From assembly GCA_041640595.1 (NCBI GenBank), contig JBEPZY010000001.1, positions 1,175,471 through 1,239,470 of the forward strand: a DNA stretch of 64,000 nucleotides. The letters run 5' to 3'. Under the pieces are notes generated by a model that was given only the letters and a program-made list of their open reading frames with translations, made no database searches and was not told where the DNA came from. The stretch comes from Gemmatales bacterium (lineage in GTDB: Bacteria > Planctomycetota > Planctomycetia > Gemmatales > HRBIN36). Below, piece by piece: positions 1 to 9,986 of this stretch. The position numbers and the translations under genes are program-made. How positions within the stretch are numbered: position 1 is the first letter of the stretch; every line of letters begins with the position of its first letter.

Positions 1-1507
1 GTTGCAATTCCGATTTCAACTGCTCCTCGACTGGCACAGCTTGCAAAAGCAACCGAAACGCCGTTTGCCGATGCCAGCCATTGCGATGTTCCAGCAACTT
101 GACCCAATCCTTCGGATCGCGGCCACCCAGACCATCCACGGGTCGGCGATTCGGCCGGTTTGTCCTTGACGTGATTCTCCAGATCCGCCCCTTCTCTTTG
201 CCCCACAGAAGGTCTGGCCGCTTGCGCAATTCGGGTGGCATGTATTCGGGATGTTCGATTACGGCCCGATACATGTCCACGACGTAAAGCGCTCCATCGG
301 GACCTTCGGTCAAAAAAACCGGCCGAAACCAGTCGTCGGACGAAGCCAGGAATTCTTTGCCGTCGTACATCGGTTTAGCGCTCAACGTTGCCCCATTGGG
401 GTAAAGCCTCTCAGCATGCACGAGATTTCCGGGCGGCTCGCATGTCAACACGACACCAGCGTATTCTGCGGGTAAAGCATCGCCGGTATATACGTGAATC
501 CCACAGGCAGCACTGAAGTGTCCCGCGTGCAAAGAAGAAGTCGTGAAATTGCGGCTGATCGGGTAAACACGTCCACCAGCACCCGCCGGATTTTCCTGCT
601 GATCCAGAACGGAAATGTCCAGCAGCAACGATGGCGGCACCAGGTTCGGTTGATGCCGTAAATAGCGTTGCTCGAAGACCACCAGACGCAGATGGTGGCG
701 GTTGTCGCAGACGAATCGTTCGCCCCAGTCGTCAAAGGTGAGTCCATACTGGCCCGGTCCCGTCAAAGCTTCGTAACGTTCCGGTTTGCGTGGGTCGAAC
801 CGGAAATCCATGTTGTTCAACGAAACCGCAGGCCCAACGGGGCGACCCTGCTGGTCGAGTCGCACCGCCTGGCCGCCTCGCAGACCGTTGGCGCAGTAAA
901 TCCAACCATCCATTCCCAGAGTGGGAAAACTCAGGCGTAGCTGTGGATTTTCCGCCGCGAATCCCCGATACCAAACCTCGCGTCGCTCGGCCCGGCCAGC
1001 TCCTTGCGTATCTGCCAGATACAGTAATTCCGGAGCCTGGGTTACGAACACACCCTGTTTCCATAACTGCAAACCATTCGCAAAAAGCAGCCTGTCGGCA
1101 AAGACGCTGGCCGTCTCGTAGATGCCATCTCCATCGCGATCGGTGAGTATCTTGATGCGGCCTTCCGGTGGCTGTCCCGGAGGCGGGCCGTTAGGATAAT
1201 CGGGCATTTCCACGACCCAAATCCGGCCGTGTTCGTCGAACGCCATCGCCACCGGGCTCTGGATAGTGGGTTCACTGGCCACCAGTTCGATTGTCAAACG
1301 ATTGTCGGCGAGTTGAAAAAGCTTGAGCGCCTGTTCCGGCGAATACGGACCATTTTGTGCCGGCAGAGGTACCTGGTTGGTACTGGCCTCGGTATTGCCT
1401 GGTGGTGCTTGGCGCTGAGCTAAACTACCCGTCATCCAGAACCCTGTTATCCCTGTGCTAAGAGCTAGCAAAATCGCCCCAAACCACCGCGCAGCTTTAC
1501 CGGTCAT
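1..1507 (-). CDS. PVC-type membrane-bound dehydrogenase-domain / heme-binding family protein, N-terminal ~502 aa (3' end runs off the window)
   Basis: Own translation of the minus strand from ATG at 1507 starts MTGKAARWFGAILLALS (signal/anchor). It continues LVASEPTIQSPVAMAFDEHGRIWVVEMPDYP, GRIKILTDRDGDGIYE and GMDGWIYCANG with no stop down to base 1. It is absent from the ORF track only because it has no in-window stop. Confidence 0.75.
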   Translation of the reverse strand, partial: MTGKAARWFGAILLALSTGITGFWMTGSLAQRQAPPGNTEASTNQVPLPAQNGPYSPEQALKLFQLADNRLTIELVASEPTIQSPVAMAFDEHGRIWVVEMPDYPNGPPPGQPPEGRIKILTDRDGDGIYETASVFADRLLFANGLQLWKQGVFVTQAPELLYLADTQGAGRAERREVWYRGFAAENPQLRLSFPTLGMDGWIYCANGLRGGQAVRLDQQGRPVGPAVSLNNMDFRFDPRKPERYEALTGPGQYGLTFDDWGERFVCDNRHHLRLVVFEQRYLRHQPNLVPPSLLLDISVLDQQENPAGAGGRVYPISRNFTTSSLHAGHFSAACGIHVYTGDALPAEYAGVVLTCEPPGNLVHAERLYPNGATLSAKPMYDGKEFLASSDDWFRPVFLTEGPDGALYVVDMYRAVIEHPEYMPPELRKRPDLLWGKEKGRIWRITSRTNRPNRRPVDGLGGRDPKDWVKLLEHRNGWHRQTAFRLLLQAVPVEEQLKSELQ

Positions 1508-1738
1508 TGATTCGCCTCCATATAGTTGCCACCTCACTGCTTAGGTTATGCGCCGTCAACGCTTCTCCAATCCCGCTGCGGCCGGCCAGTATCCTTGATG
1601 CCGAAAATTGATTCGGGTCAACACAGAAATTTGTCACCCAACCGTTGCATATTCGCAGCCTGCGCCATAAACCAATAATCGCACGCAAACCGAACTGCCT
1701 GTGATTCCGCCAATGCACTCAAGAACAGGAGGCCTTCC

Positions 1739-2737
1739 ATGCGAACGCTGCTCAGTTGCGTAACCGTAGTAGCGCTGTGCGGCTGGCTCAGCTTGGCTGC
1801 CCAACAGCAACCAGCCCAGGTCAAAGTGGCTACCGACCCGGCTCAAGCTGGCCCGGACTTTCCGTTTCAGGGCGAATATGTCGGTGAAACCGCCAGCAAG
1901 CAACGCCTCGGTGCCGAAGTGATCGCCCTTGGCGACGGTAAGTTCCGCGTCAATTTCCTTCCCGGTGGCTTGCGCGGCGAAGGTGGAAACTACGAGAAGC
2001 GCGTCGAGGCCAGTGCCCAGCGCGACGGAGATAAGGTGAAAATCGCCAGTAAGGACGGTAAATGGTCCGCCACTATCGAAAATGGCCGCATGTCCGGTAC
2101 CACTGCTGACGGTAGCCGCTTCGAGTTGAAACGAGTCATCCGCGAGAGCAAAACCCTTGGCCAGAAACCACCGGCAGGTGCCGTGGTGCTCTTCGATGGT
2201 TCCAATGCGGAAAACTGGGAACCGAAGAGCCGGGTTCAAGTCGTGGATGGCGCCCTGGTTGGCAACGACATCGCCAGCAAGCAAAAATTCCGCGACCACA
2301 AAGTTCACCTGGAGTTTCGCCTGACTTTCATGCCTTATGCTAGCGGTCAGGGACGCAGCAACAGCGGTGTTTATATCCAGCATCGCTACGAAATACAGGT
2401 GCTCGATAGCTTCGGTTTGCGCGGCGCGAATAACGAATGCGGCGGAATTTATGGTCAATACGCTCCCCTTATCAATATGTGCTATCCACCGTTGCAGTGG
2501 CAGACTTATGACGTCGAGTTTAAGGCAGCCCGTTTCGACAGCACCGGTAAAAAAATTGCCAACGCCGTCATGAGCGTCTGGCACAATGGCGTGCTCATCC
2601 ATGATAAAATCCAGCTCAAGGGACCGACTGGTGGCGGTCAACCCGAGACGGATACACCCGGCCCTCTTTTCTTGCAGGGGCACGGTGGCCAGGTCCGCTA
2701 TCGCAATATCTGGGTGGTCGAGACTAAGTCCGACTAA
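1739..2737 (+). CDS. secreted DUF1080 (3-keto-disaccharide hydrolase-like) domain protein
   Basis: Signal peptide MRTLLSCVTVVALCGWLSLAAQ. The C-terminal HLEFRL..SNSGVYIQHRYEIQVLDSFG..GGIYGQ..LQGHGGQVRYRNIWV matches the DUF1080 signature. Confidence 0.8.
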   Translation: MRTLLSCVTVVALCGWLSLAAQQQPAQVKVATDPAQAGPDFPFQGEYVGETASKQRLGAEVIALGDGKFRVNFLPGGLRGEGGNYEKRVEASAQRDGDKVKIASKDGKWSATIENGRMSGTTADGSRFELKRVIRESKTLGQKPPAGAVVLFDGSNAENWEPKSRVQVVDGALVGNDIASKQKFRDHKVHLEFRLTFMPYASGQGRSNSGVYIQHRYEIQVLDSFGLRGANNECGGIYGQYAPLINMCYPPLQWQTYDVEFKAARFDSTGKKIANAVMSVWHNGVLIHDKIQLKGPTGGGQPETDTPGPLFLQGHGGQVRYRNIWVVETKSD

Positions 2738-2756
2738 CAGCTAACTCCTAAACTCA

Positions 2757-3470
2757 ATGCCGGACATACCCATCCTCCGAGTCCTGCATGTTTATAAGTA
2801 TTACATCCGCGGCGAGGAGCGGATAGAGGTTCTGCAGGACTTATGCTTAGAGGTCCCGTCAGGCGAGTTTATCGCCATTATGGGGCCGAGTGGCTCTGGT
2901 AAAACCACTTTGCTTAATCTAATCGCCGGTTTAGATCGCCCCAGTGAAGGCGAGGTCTGGGTCGGACAGCGCCTTATCTCCGCCATGTCGGAATCTGAAC
3001 TTACCCGCTGGCGCACTCGCAACATTGGTTTTATTTTCCAGTTCTATCACCTCATTCCAGTTCTAACTGCCTACGAAAATGTTGAGTTGCCGCTGTTGCT
3101 GTTGCCGCTCAGCGCTGCCGAAAGGCGAGAGCGCGTGGAATTAGTCTTAGAACTGGTCGGACTGGCCGATCGCATGCGCCACCGTCCTGGTCAGCTTTCC
3201 GGTGGACAGCAACAGCGCGTCGGGATTGCTCGCGCAATCGTTACCGACCCGACCCTGATCGTTGCCGACGAACCAACCGGTGATCTCGATGCACGTTCCG
3301 CTCGGGAAATTCTCGACCTCATGCAGGAATTGCATCAAACGTTAGGAAAAACCATTATCCTGGTCACTCACGATCCCCGGGCCGCCGAACGGGCCCAGAG
3401 AATTGTCCACCTGGAAAAAGGTCGGCTTGTCGCTGTCGAAAAACACGACGCCCTTTCCAGCCGATTCTAA
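2757..3470 (+). CDS. ABC transporter ATP-binding protein (LolD/MacB/FtsE-like)
   Basis: Walker [10 protein letters not shown], signature [14 protein letters not shown], Walker [13 protein letters not shown]. No permease gene is adjacent. Confidence 0.9.
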   Translation: MPDIPILRVLHVYKYYIRGEERIEVLQDLCLEVPSGEFIAIMGPSGSGKTTLLNLIAGLDRPSEGEVWVGQRLISAMSESELTRWRTRNIGFIFQFYHLIPVLTAYENVELPLLLLPLSAAERRERVELVLELVGLADRMRHRPGQLSGGQQQRVGIARAIVTDPTLIVADEPTGDLDARSAREILDLMQELHQTLGKTIILVTHDPRAAERAQRIVHLEKGRLVAVEKHDALSSRF

Positions 3471-3479
3471 ATCCTAACC

Positions 3480-4361
3480 ATGACTACCAGCAAGGAACAC
3501 TTTTCCTGCCACGTGGCCATTATCACGGTAAGTGATACCCGTACCGAAGCAACCGATACAAGTGGTCAGTTTTTGCGCCAGCTATGCACCCAGGCTGGAC
3601 ATCAAGTTAATTTCTATGCTATCGTCCCCGATGATCCGCAGCGCATTCAGCAAATCTTTTCCGATTTAGATCAGCGCACCGATATAGATGTTATTTTGCT
3701 GACTGGCGGCACCGGCATCTCCCCGCGCGACCAGACTTACGAGGCGGTAATTGCACTATTGGAGAAACGTTTAGATGGGTTCGGTGAGCTTTTTCGCTAC
3801 CTGAGCTACCAAGAAATTGGAGCAGCAGCGATGCTTTCGCGGGCAGTTGCCGGGGTTTGGCACGGGCGTTTAGTTTTTAGCCTCCCAGGCTCCCCGGCAG
3901 CGGTGCGCCTGGCCATGGAACAACTTATCTTGCCGCAACTTTCCCATGCACTGGCGCTAGTGCGTGGCCAAACTACTCATCATCCTCCATGCCGGCACCA
4001 CCATACATCGGAGCCAACCTCTTCCGATAAACCGCCGACACAGCCTATCTTTCTTCGACCGAACCAACACGCTCAGTTTAGCTCTAATAAAATGGCGAAA
4101 GTTACACTCTATCAAAGTGAACGGTTCTTCCTTGGTTTGAACTGTCTTGAACCCGGTCAGGAGCACCAGCTTCATTCGCACCCCGGTCAGGATAAAGCCT
4201 ATCTCGTATTACAGGGTCAGGGCTTGTTCCTGCTGCCCCAGGGCGAGCAACCTATGCAGGAAGGTGATATGTTAGTAGCCCCCGCTAATGTTCCGCACGG
4301 CATTCGTAATACAGGCAAGCAAGGCCTTATCGTGCTGGTACTGATGTCTCCCCCGCCATAG
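3480..4361 (+). CDS. moaB: MoaB/Mog-type molybdopterin-binding domain fused to a C-terminal cupin domain
   Basis: Residues ~10-165 (ITVSDTR..LLTGGTGISPRDQT..GFGELFR..LSRAVAG..SLPGSPAAV) are MoaB-like. A His/Pro-rich linker follows. Residues ~205-293 (GQEHQLHSHPGQDKAYLVLQG..APANVPHGIRNTG) are a cupin. Confidence 0.7.
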   Translation: MTTSKEHFSCHVAIITVSDTRTEATDTSGQFLRQLCTQAGHQVNFYAIVPDDPQRIQQIFSDLDQRTDIDVILLTGGTGISPRDQTYEAVIALLEKRLDGFGELFRYLSYQEIGAAAMLSRAVAGVWHGRLVFSLPGSPAAVRLAMEQLILPQLSHALALVRGQTTHHPPCRHHHTSEPTSSDKPPTQPIFLRPNQHAQFSSNKMAKVTLYQSERFFLGLNCLEPGQEHQLHSHPGQDKAYLVLQGQGLFLLPQGEQPMQEGDMLVAPANVPHGIRNTGKQGLIVLVLMSPPP

Positions 4362-4380
4362 CAACGAACTTGACGCCGAT

Positions 4381-5859
4381 ATGGATAGTTACGTGCCCAC
4401 CTGGAATGCTGGATCTAAGATCAATAGCGTTTCCGATCGCCAATACGCCGATGTTATCATCGTCGGTGGGGGCATTTCTGGACTAAGTCTGGCCTGGCGT
4501 CTCACGCAAATAGCGCCAGCGCTGCGGATTAGGGTTTTGGAAGCTGCCGATCGCCCGGGCGGCACTGCCTGGACGGATTACGAAAATGGTTTCCTTGTGG
4601 AACATGGCGCCAATGGCTTTCTCGCTAATAAAACGAGTACCTGGGATTTAGTGCGGGAATTAGGCTTGGCCAACGAACTGGTTGCCGCTAACCAGACCGC
4701 ACGGTATCGGTATGTTTTGGACAAGCAAGGACTATATCTGTTGCCCAACGGCTTATGGTCATTGTTTAGGTTTCCGCTATTAAGTTGGCGGGCTAAATGG
4801 GCCATTCTAACGGAATACTGGCGCCATTCCGCATCTTCCGAAGACGATGAATCAGTATATGAGTTTATATCGCGCCGCACGAATTGGGAGGTAGCTGATT
4901 TATTTGCCGAACTGCTGGTGACTGGCATCTATGCAGGCAATCCACACGAACTGAGTATGGCCGCCTGTTTTCCACGGGTCGTCCAAATGGAAAGGCGAGC
5001 CGGTAGCGTTACTGCCGGCTTTTTCCAGGAACGACGGGAACAAAAACGACACCATCAACAACCCGCGCAAGCTCCTGTAAAGCGATCGCAACTGTATTCC
5101 TTGCGGCGAGGGATGCGTCAGCTCATCGAAACCCTGGCCCAACGATTAGCTCCAGTGCTACATTTAGCTTCACCGGTACACCGTATTGAGTACGTTGACA
5201 GCGAAGCAACGCATCGCTGGCGAGTATCTTGCCAGGAAACAACCTGGCACTGCCGGGAGTTAGTCCTTGCCTGCCCTGCCTATGTGCAGGCACAATTATT
5301 AGAACCCCTTTGTAGCGAATTGGCCCGTGAAGTTAAAACTATCCCCTATGTTCCTGTCGCGGTTATCGCTCTGGGGTACCGCGAAAATCAATTAGGCAAA
5401 CGGCTTGTCGGGTTCGGTTACCTGACAACCTGGAGGTCGCAAAGTCGTATGCTCGGTGCGCAATGGTGTTCCTCTATATTTCCAGATAGGGCTCCCGAGG
5501 GTCACGTTCTTATGCGTTATATGGCCGGAGGCAGTCGCCGGCTCCAAGTATTAGAACAACCGGATGATCTCCTGGTCAGCGAAGCGCATGATGAAGCCAG
5601 GCGACTTTTAGCGATTCAGGGAGCGCCTTGTTATAGCAGAGTCATTCGCTGGCCCCGAGCTATCCCTCAATACACACTAGGCCATCAAAAACGCCTTGCC
5701 AGGATACGAAACCTCCTAAGCCGATGGCCAGGCCTGCATTTGACAGGAAATGCCTATGAGGGTGTCAGCCTGAATGATTGCGTCGAGCGTTCTAATCAAC
5801 TCGCCACCTATTTAACTCAGCGGCTAAACGCGGTTCTAGCGACTCAGGACTCGGCGTAA
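4381..5859 (+). CDS. hemY: FAD-dependent protoporphyrinogen/coproporphyrinogen oxidase (HemY type)
   Basis: Dinucleotide-binding N-terminus DVIIVGGGISGLSLAWRL, 492 aa, C-terminal LTGNAYEGVSLNDCV. Confidence 0.75.
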   Translation: MDSYVPTWNAGSKINSVSDRQYADVIIVGGGISGLSLAWRLTQIAPALRIRVLEAADRPGGTAWTDYENGFLVEHGANGFLANKTSTWDLVRELGLANELVAANQTARYRYVLDKQGLYLLPNGLWSLFRFPLLSWRAKWAILTEYWRHSASSEDDESVYEFISRRTNWEVADLFAELLVTGIYAGNPHELSMAACFPRVVQMERRAGSVTAGFFQERREQKRHHQQPAQAPVKRSQLYSLRRGMRQLIETLAQRLAPVLHLASPVHRIEYVDSEATHRWRVSCQETTWHCRELVLACPAYVQAQLLEPLCSELAREVKTIPYVPVAVIALGYRENQLGKRLVGFGYLTTWRSQSRMLGAQWCSSIFPDRAPEGHVLMRYMAGGSRRLQVLEQPDDLLVSEAHDEARRLLAIQGAPCYSRVIRWPRAIPQYTLGHQKRLARIRNLLSRWPGLHLTGNAYEGVSLNDCVERSNQLATYLTQRLNAVLATQDSA

Positions 5860-7263
5860 CCAATCTTGAAAGGCACTGGTGCCATCGAAAAGGAACAACT
5901 CCTGCATATCATAGTTGGGCCAGGGCGAACGATCGGTAAAGGGCTGGCTTTCGTCTTGGAGTAACCGCATCCAGCCACGTTTCAGCATGGGATGCATATA
6001 TTGATAGCCAGGCAAGGGTGCAATATAGGTTCTAAGTCCGAAAGCTAGCCCTTCGTATAAAGCAGTCGAAAACACCCCGACTTGAATGCTCGAACAAGCC
6101 TGCAGATCGTAAATTGAAGTTCTAACGTCAGCAATCTCGACACCGTGATCCAGCAAGTCTCGTTGCCGCTCTGGTGGAAAGTATTCGGAAGGGTGAGGCC
6201 GAAATATCACTCGAAATGCTCGTGGTGCAGCTCGGGCCAGTCGAATCGCCCACTGAGCCAGTGCATTACCACAGCCCGGCTGCGATAAGACGAGCACGCT
6301 CGGTTGCCGTGCCGGACACTCCGACTGCTGCACCAACGATTGAAAAAACGGAAAGCCCACCTCAACGGCATTATCCTGCGCTACGGGTAAATCCATAACC
6401 TTGCGCCAATAAGGACCAAAGAGTAGTGCATAGTCAGGATATGTTTTCTGTCTAATCCCCGGCGGTGTAGTATAGGTGAGATCGTATGGTCCGATAAGGC
6501 CGTGCTGCATCTCAGCGGTTACTATACCTAGGTCGCGGCATGCTTCCACAAACGCCCGCTCGGCAGGATTAATCGCCACGATAATACCCAAACGAGGACG
6601 AATTCGACGCAACAAATCCCGATATAATCCGCGTAAACAACGGCGTGCCGCCAGGTACGTCCGCCCCAGCTCAGCAACAGGCACCTCCATCCGAAACCTG
6701 GCTTGCAAAGCCGATTCTAGACCTAACAGCCACCGTTCTACCCTGCCAGAAATTCCCCACATTGTTCGGCGATAACAGGCGGCCAATCCAGCCAGAAGGT
6801 CGGTGTAGTAAACATGCTTAGTTCTGGTGGGCTGAACATGTCGGCCACCTTCGGGGCGTTCCAGGTAAATGTAAGACCCATTTAGATTATCGAGAAACGG
6901 GTCTAAATACGGGTCGTGCCAGCAGAACTCTCGCCATACTCTGCGAGCAATACCCAGACAGACAACAGGACGCGACGGCGCAAAATAAGGATTCGCAGCG
7001 AACATTCCACGTAGCAAACCCGGATCTGCTACCCGCCATATCAAGGGCCTGGGTACGGGTGACAACGATTCCATAAAGCCACTTAGTTCCTGTAATTTCA
7101 GAAATACGGGTACCCGGACATATTCCCAGAGGGGAACTTGATCTTCAAAAAAGTCCCAGGCGCCGACCTGCCACTCCCAATCGAGGAAGCCCGACCACAA
7201 CTCTTCCCAGCGATTTGCCTCAGCTAAAAAGTCGCCCAAAGGAAGGCGAGTAGATGCCTGCAT
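5836..7263 (-). CDS. hypothetical protein, possibly a GT-B-like capsular polysaccharide biosynthesis enzyme
   Basis: 475-aa ORF directly upstream of the Wzt/Wzm-like genes on the same strand. The C-terminal RVIFRPHPSE..VGVFSTALYEGLAFG resembles GT-B/capsule-synthesis folds. The function call is weak. Confidence 0.5.
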   Translation of the reverse strand: MQASTRLPLGDFLAEANRWEELWSGFLDWEWQVGAWDFFEDQVPLWEYVRVPVFLKLQELSGFMESLSPVPRPLIWRVADPGLLRGMFAANPYFAPSRPVVCLGIARRVWREFCWHDPYLDPFLDNLNGSYIYLERPEGGRHVQPTRTKHVYYTDLLAGLAACYRRTMWGISGRVERWLLGLESALQARFRMEVPVAELGRTYLAARRCLRGLYRDLLRRIRPRLGIIVAINPAERAFVEACRDLGIVTAEMQHGLIGPYDLTYTTPPGIRQKTYPDYALLFGPYWRKVMDLPVAQDNAVEVGFPFFQSLVQQSECPARQPSVLVLSQPGCGNALAQWAIRLARAAPRAFRVIFRPHPSEYFPPERQRDLLDHGVEIADVRTSIYDLQACSSIQVGVFSTALYEGLAFGLRTYIAPLPGYQYMHPMLKRGWMRLLQDESQPFTDRSPWPNYDMQELFLFDGTSAFQDWLRRVLSR

Positions 7264-7275
7264 GAGTCCGGCCTG

Positions 7276-8034
7276 CTAAGCTGCGCTCCGCTGGTTAGAT
7301 GTCATATACTCTCTGTAGGCTTCCACAACAGTTTGCGGATCGCCTTGCATGACAATTTCTCCATGATCCAGCCAGACCATGCGCGTGCAAAGTTTCGGCA
7401 CGGTGACCGTGTCGTGCGTGGCAATGACCAGCAACCGCGATTGATGTATCAGTTCCATAATACGTCGGTGTGCTTTTTCCTGGAAACTTAAGTCCCCCGC
7501 ACTAAGTATTTCATCAATCAACAAGATTTCCGGTTCAATCTCGGTGGCTATAGAGAAACAGAGACGCACTAACATTCCGCTACTATAAAATCGAACCGGG
7601 ATGTTGAGAAACTCTCCCAGCTCACTAAATTCAGCAATGCGTGGTCGGCGTTGGCGTACCTCCCTGGGAGTCAAACCTTGAAGGTAGCTACGATAAGCTA
7701 TATTGGCCCAGCCCGTGGCATCGGACTCGATACCGACACCGATATCAAGTAGGGTAGAAACTCGTCCCTCCACCTCCAGGTGTCCGGAGGTGGGAGGATA
7801 AATTCCCGCAAGTAGTTTCAAGAGTGTAGTTTTGCCAGCACCGTTGTGACCGATGACACCGACTCGCTCTCCCTCGCGGATTTCCAGATTGACGTTCTTG
7901 AGCGCATGCACTTCCATAACCGGATTGACTGAACGACGGAAAAATCCTCCCAAGAGAAATTGCTTCAGGGGAATGCGCTTGTGCCGGCGAACGCGGAAAG
8001 TAAGGTGCACATTGCTTAGACGGATATGCACCAT
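7276..8034 (-). CDS. polysaccharide/O-antigen export ABC transporter ATP-binding protein (Wzt/TagH/KpsT-like)
   Basis: Walker A GHNGAGKTTLLKLLAG, signature-like YSSGMLVRLCFS, Walker B ILLIDEILSAGD. It lies adjacent to an ABC-2 permease gene. Confidence 0.85.
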   Translation of the reverse strand: MVHIRLSNVHLTFRVRRHKRIPLKQFLLGGFFRRSVNPVMEVHALKNVNLEIREGERVGVIGHNGAGKTTLLKLLAGIYPPTSGHLEVEGRVSTLLDIGVGIESDATGWANIAYRSYLQGLTPREVRQRRPRIAEFSELGEFLNIPVRFYSSGMLVRLCFSIATEIEPEILLIDEILSAGDLSFQEKAHRRIMELIHQSRLLVIATHDTVTVPKLCTRMVWLDHGEIVMQGDPQTVVEAYREYMTSNQRSAA

Positions 8035-8071
8035 AGTTGAGGACTCCCTACGCGCTTGCCCGTGGAGGTTA

Positions 8072-8878
8072 TTAGAGGCTGAAAATGATTTTCCGCTCGT
8101 TGGTTACCAGCAGGAAAATAGCAAGGCCAGCTAGCACGACCACGGTGTTGATGGCTATAAGAAAATCAGCCAGCGGAGGAATGCGGCCATACAGGACCGG
8201 TTCTCTTACCAGCTCTACGATATAACCGAGCGGATTATAGGTCAAAATCGTAACAAGCACTCCTCGTTGAGCGAACATTTGCTTAGGATAAAAAACCGGC
8301 GTAAGATAATAAATCAACTGAAGCAAAATGCCGGCAAGATGATGCGTATCTGGGAAATGCACATTGATGATACCGAAAATGGTCGTCAAAGCCCAGCTAA
8401 AAAAGAAAAGCACCACCAATATGGGCACTAAGATCGGCAAAGCCGCAAGGTTTGCAAAACCCCGAATCATCCAGCTTAGCAGGATGGTGAATGCCAACAG
8501 GATCAAGAAATGTAGTGCCACGCTCAGAGCAGTGCGCAATGAATACATGGCGAGTGGCGCGGGGTAAGAGCGGATATACTTTTCGCCGACGAGTATGCTA
8601 TGGCATCCTTCGAGAACGGAGTTAGAAATAAAACCCCAGATAGCGACACCAGTAAACACATAAGGGGCATACTCGCCCAAGTTCGTTTCTACGAATATCT
8701 GACTAAAAACCAAGCACATGACCGTAGTATAAGCCAGGGGTTGCAGCAATGCCCAGGCAATTCCCAGAAACGACCGGCGATAACGCGCATCGAGATCCAG
8801 CTTGACCAAGGCCAGCCAGAAATAGCGGCGTTTCCAGATTTCAGAGAGATAATGTGCGGTGTAAGAAAGGGCAGCCAT
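8072..8878 (-). CDS. ABC-2 type polysaccharide export permease (Wzm/TagG/KpsM-like)
   Basis: 268 aa with about 6 hydrophobic spans and an N-terminal RYRRSFLGIAWALLQPL motif typical of ABC-2 permeases. Confidence 0.85.
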   Translation of the reverse strand: MAALSYTAHYLSEIWKRRYFWLALVKLDLDARYRRSFLGIAWALLQPLAYTTVMCLVFSQIFVETNLGEYAPYVFTGVAIWGFISNSVLEGCHSILVGEKYIRSYPAPLAMYSLRTALSVALHFLILLAFTILLSWMIRGFANLAALPILVPILVVLFFFSWALTTIFGIINVHFPDTHHLAGILLQLIYYLTPVFYPKQMFAQRGVLVTILTYNPLGYIVELVREPVLYGRIPPLADFLIAINTVVVLAGLAIFLLVTNERKIIFSL

Positions 8879-9053
8879 AGAATGCGTCCCAGTGTGCTCC
8901 GGTTTCTATATCCACAATTGGCCGAATCCTAGCAAAAGATGCAATGAGGCGGAAGGCCAGATTACAAGCATCCAGTGGCCAGCTCGAGGAACGCAGCAAA
9001 TGTCGTTGTTACGGGGCCTGAACGATTGGTGCCTGGCTGGCCGGTGGAAACGG

Positions 9054-9722
9054 TTACAGATACGGTTCATGGACCTCGCGGCTGCGAACAATGCGAGCGG
9101 GAAGACCGTAAGCGACGACCTGATCGGGCAGGTCTTCGACCACCAGGGCCCCTGCTCCAACCACGGTGGCCTTACCAATTCGTCGTCCGTGAAGCACGCA
9201 AGCACCCAGGCAGATAGCAGCGTAGGCGCCCACACAAACACCGCCGCCCAGACACGCATGAGGGCCCAGGCTGGCGAACTCGCCCAGTCGGCAGTCGTGA
9301 TCCACCGAACAATGCGTGTTCAATATGCACCCCGGCCCAATCTCCGCACCGGCATTGACGATGGCTCCAGGCAAAACCACCGTACCGGTTCCCAGTCTGG
9401 CAAAAGGCGAGACCCAAGCCGTGGGATGCACCGCGCTGACAGGCTGCCAGTGCGGAAAACGTTGCAGTATCCGTTGCGTTAGTTGCCAGCGTTGCCAGTT
9501 GTCGCCGATACCGATCACAAAGCCATCAATGCGAAATTGCTCCGCCAAACGCGGCAGGTCGGCGTCGTTTCCCAGTATCGGCACGCCCAAAAGCGAAGTG
9601 CCCGGTGCCAGCCGGGGATCAATGATGCCGGTAACCTGCACGCGATCCTCAGCGAGCAGCGTATCGAGCACGACCCGGGCGTGACCGCCGGCTCCGAAAA
9701 GCAAGACGTTGAGACGCGACAT
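9054..9722 (-). CDS. NeuD/PglD-family sugar O/N-acetyltransferase (hexapeptide repeat)
   Basis: N-terminal Rossmann-like LLFGAGGHARVV followed by left-handed beta-helix repeats (IGPGCILNTHCSVDHDCRLGEFASLGP..). Confidence 0.85.
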   Translation of the reverse strand: MSRLNVLLFGAGGHARVVLDTLLAEDRVQVTGIIDPRLAPGTSLLGVPILGNDADLPRLAEQFRIDGFVIGIGDNWQRWQLTQRILQRFPHWQPVSAVHPTAWVSPFARLGTGTVVLPGAIVNAGAEIGPGCILNTHCSVDHDCRLGEFASLGPHACLGGGVCVGAYAAICLGACVLHGRRIGKATVVGAGALVVEDLPDQVVAYGLPARIVRSREVHEPYL

Positions 9723-9986
9723 AGGATGGTCGCTGTATCAAGCCGGGAATGGTACCGTTCGGCCAAACAAGGGAGATACCAGAACCGGAAGTGTGCGCGA
9801 AGTCCAAATTTACCAGCTCCGCACGGACTCGCTTTGGGCTCCCGTGATCCGCATGGTGACGTCCAAAAACCCTCTTGCTGACCAGCCTGGCAGGGAAATT
9901 TCGTATTGCTCTTGACCTCGGGCCCGAGGCGGGTATGGCAAGGTTGATGGTTCCGGATATCGAACAGCCGAGAATTGGAGGGGCGC

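Noticed and set aside
1634-2683. 349-aa minus-strand ORF
   Set aside because: It is antisense to the DUF1080 gene, which has a clear signal peptide and family signature, and it has no motifs of its own.
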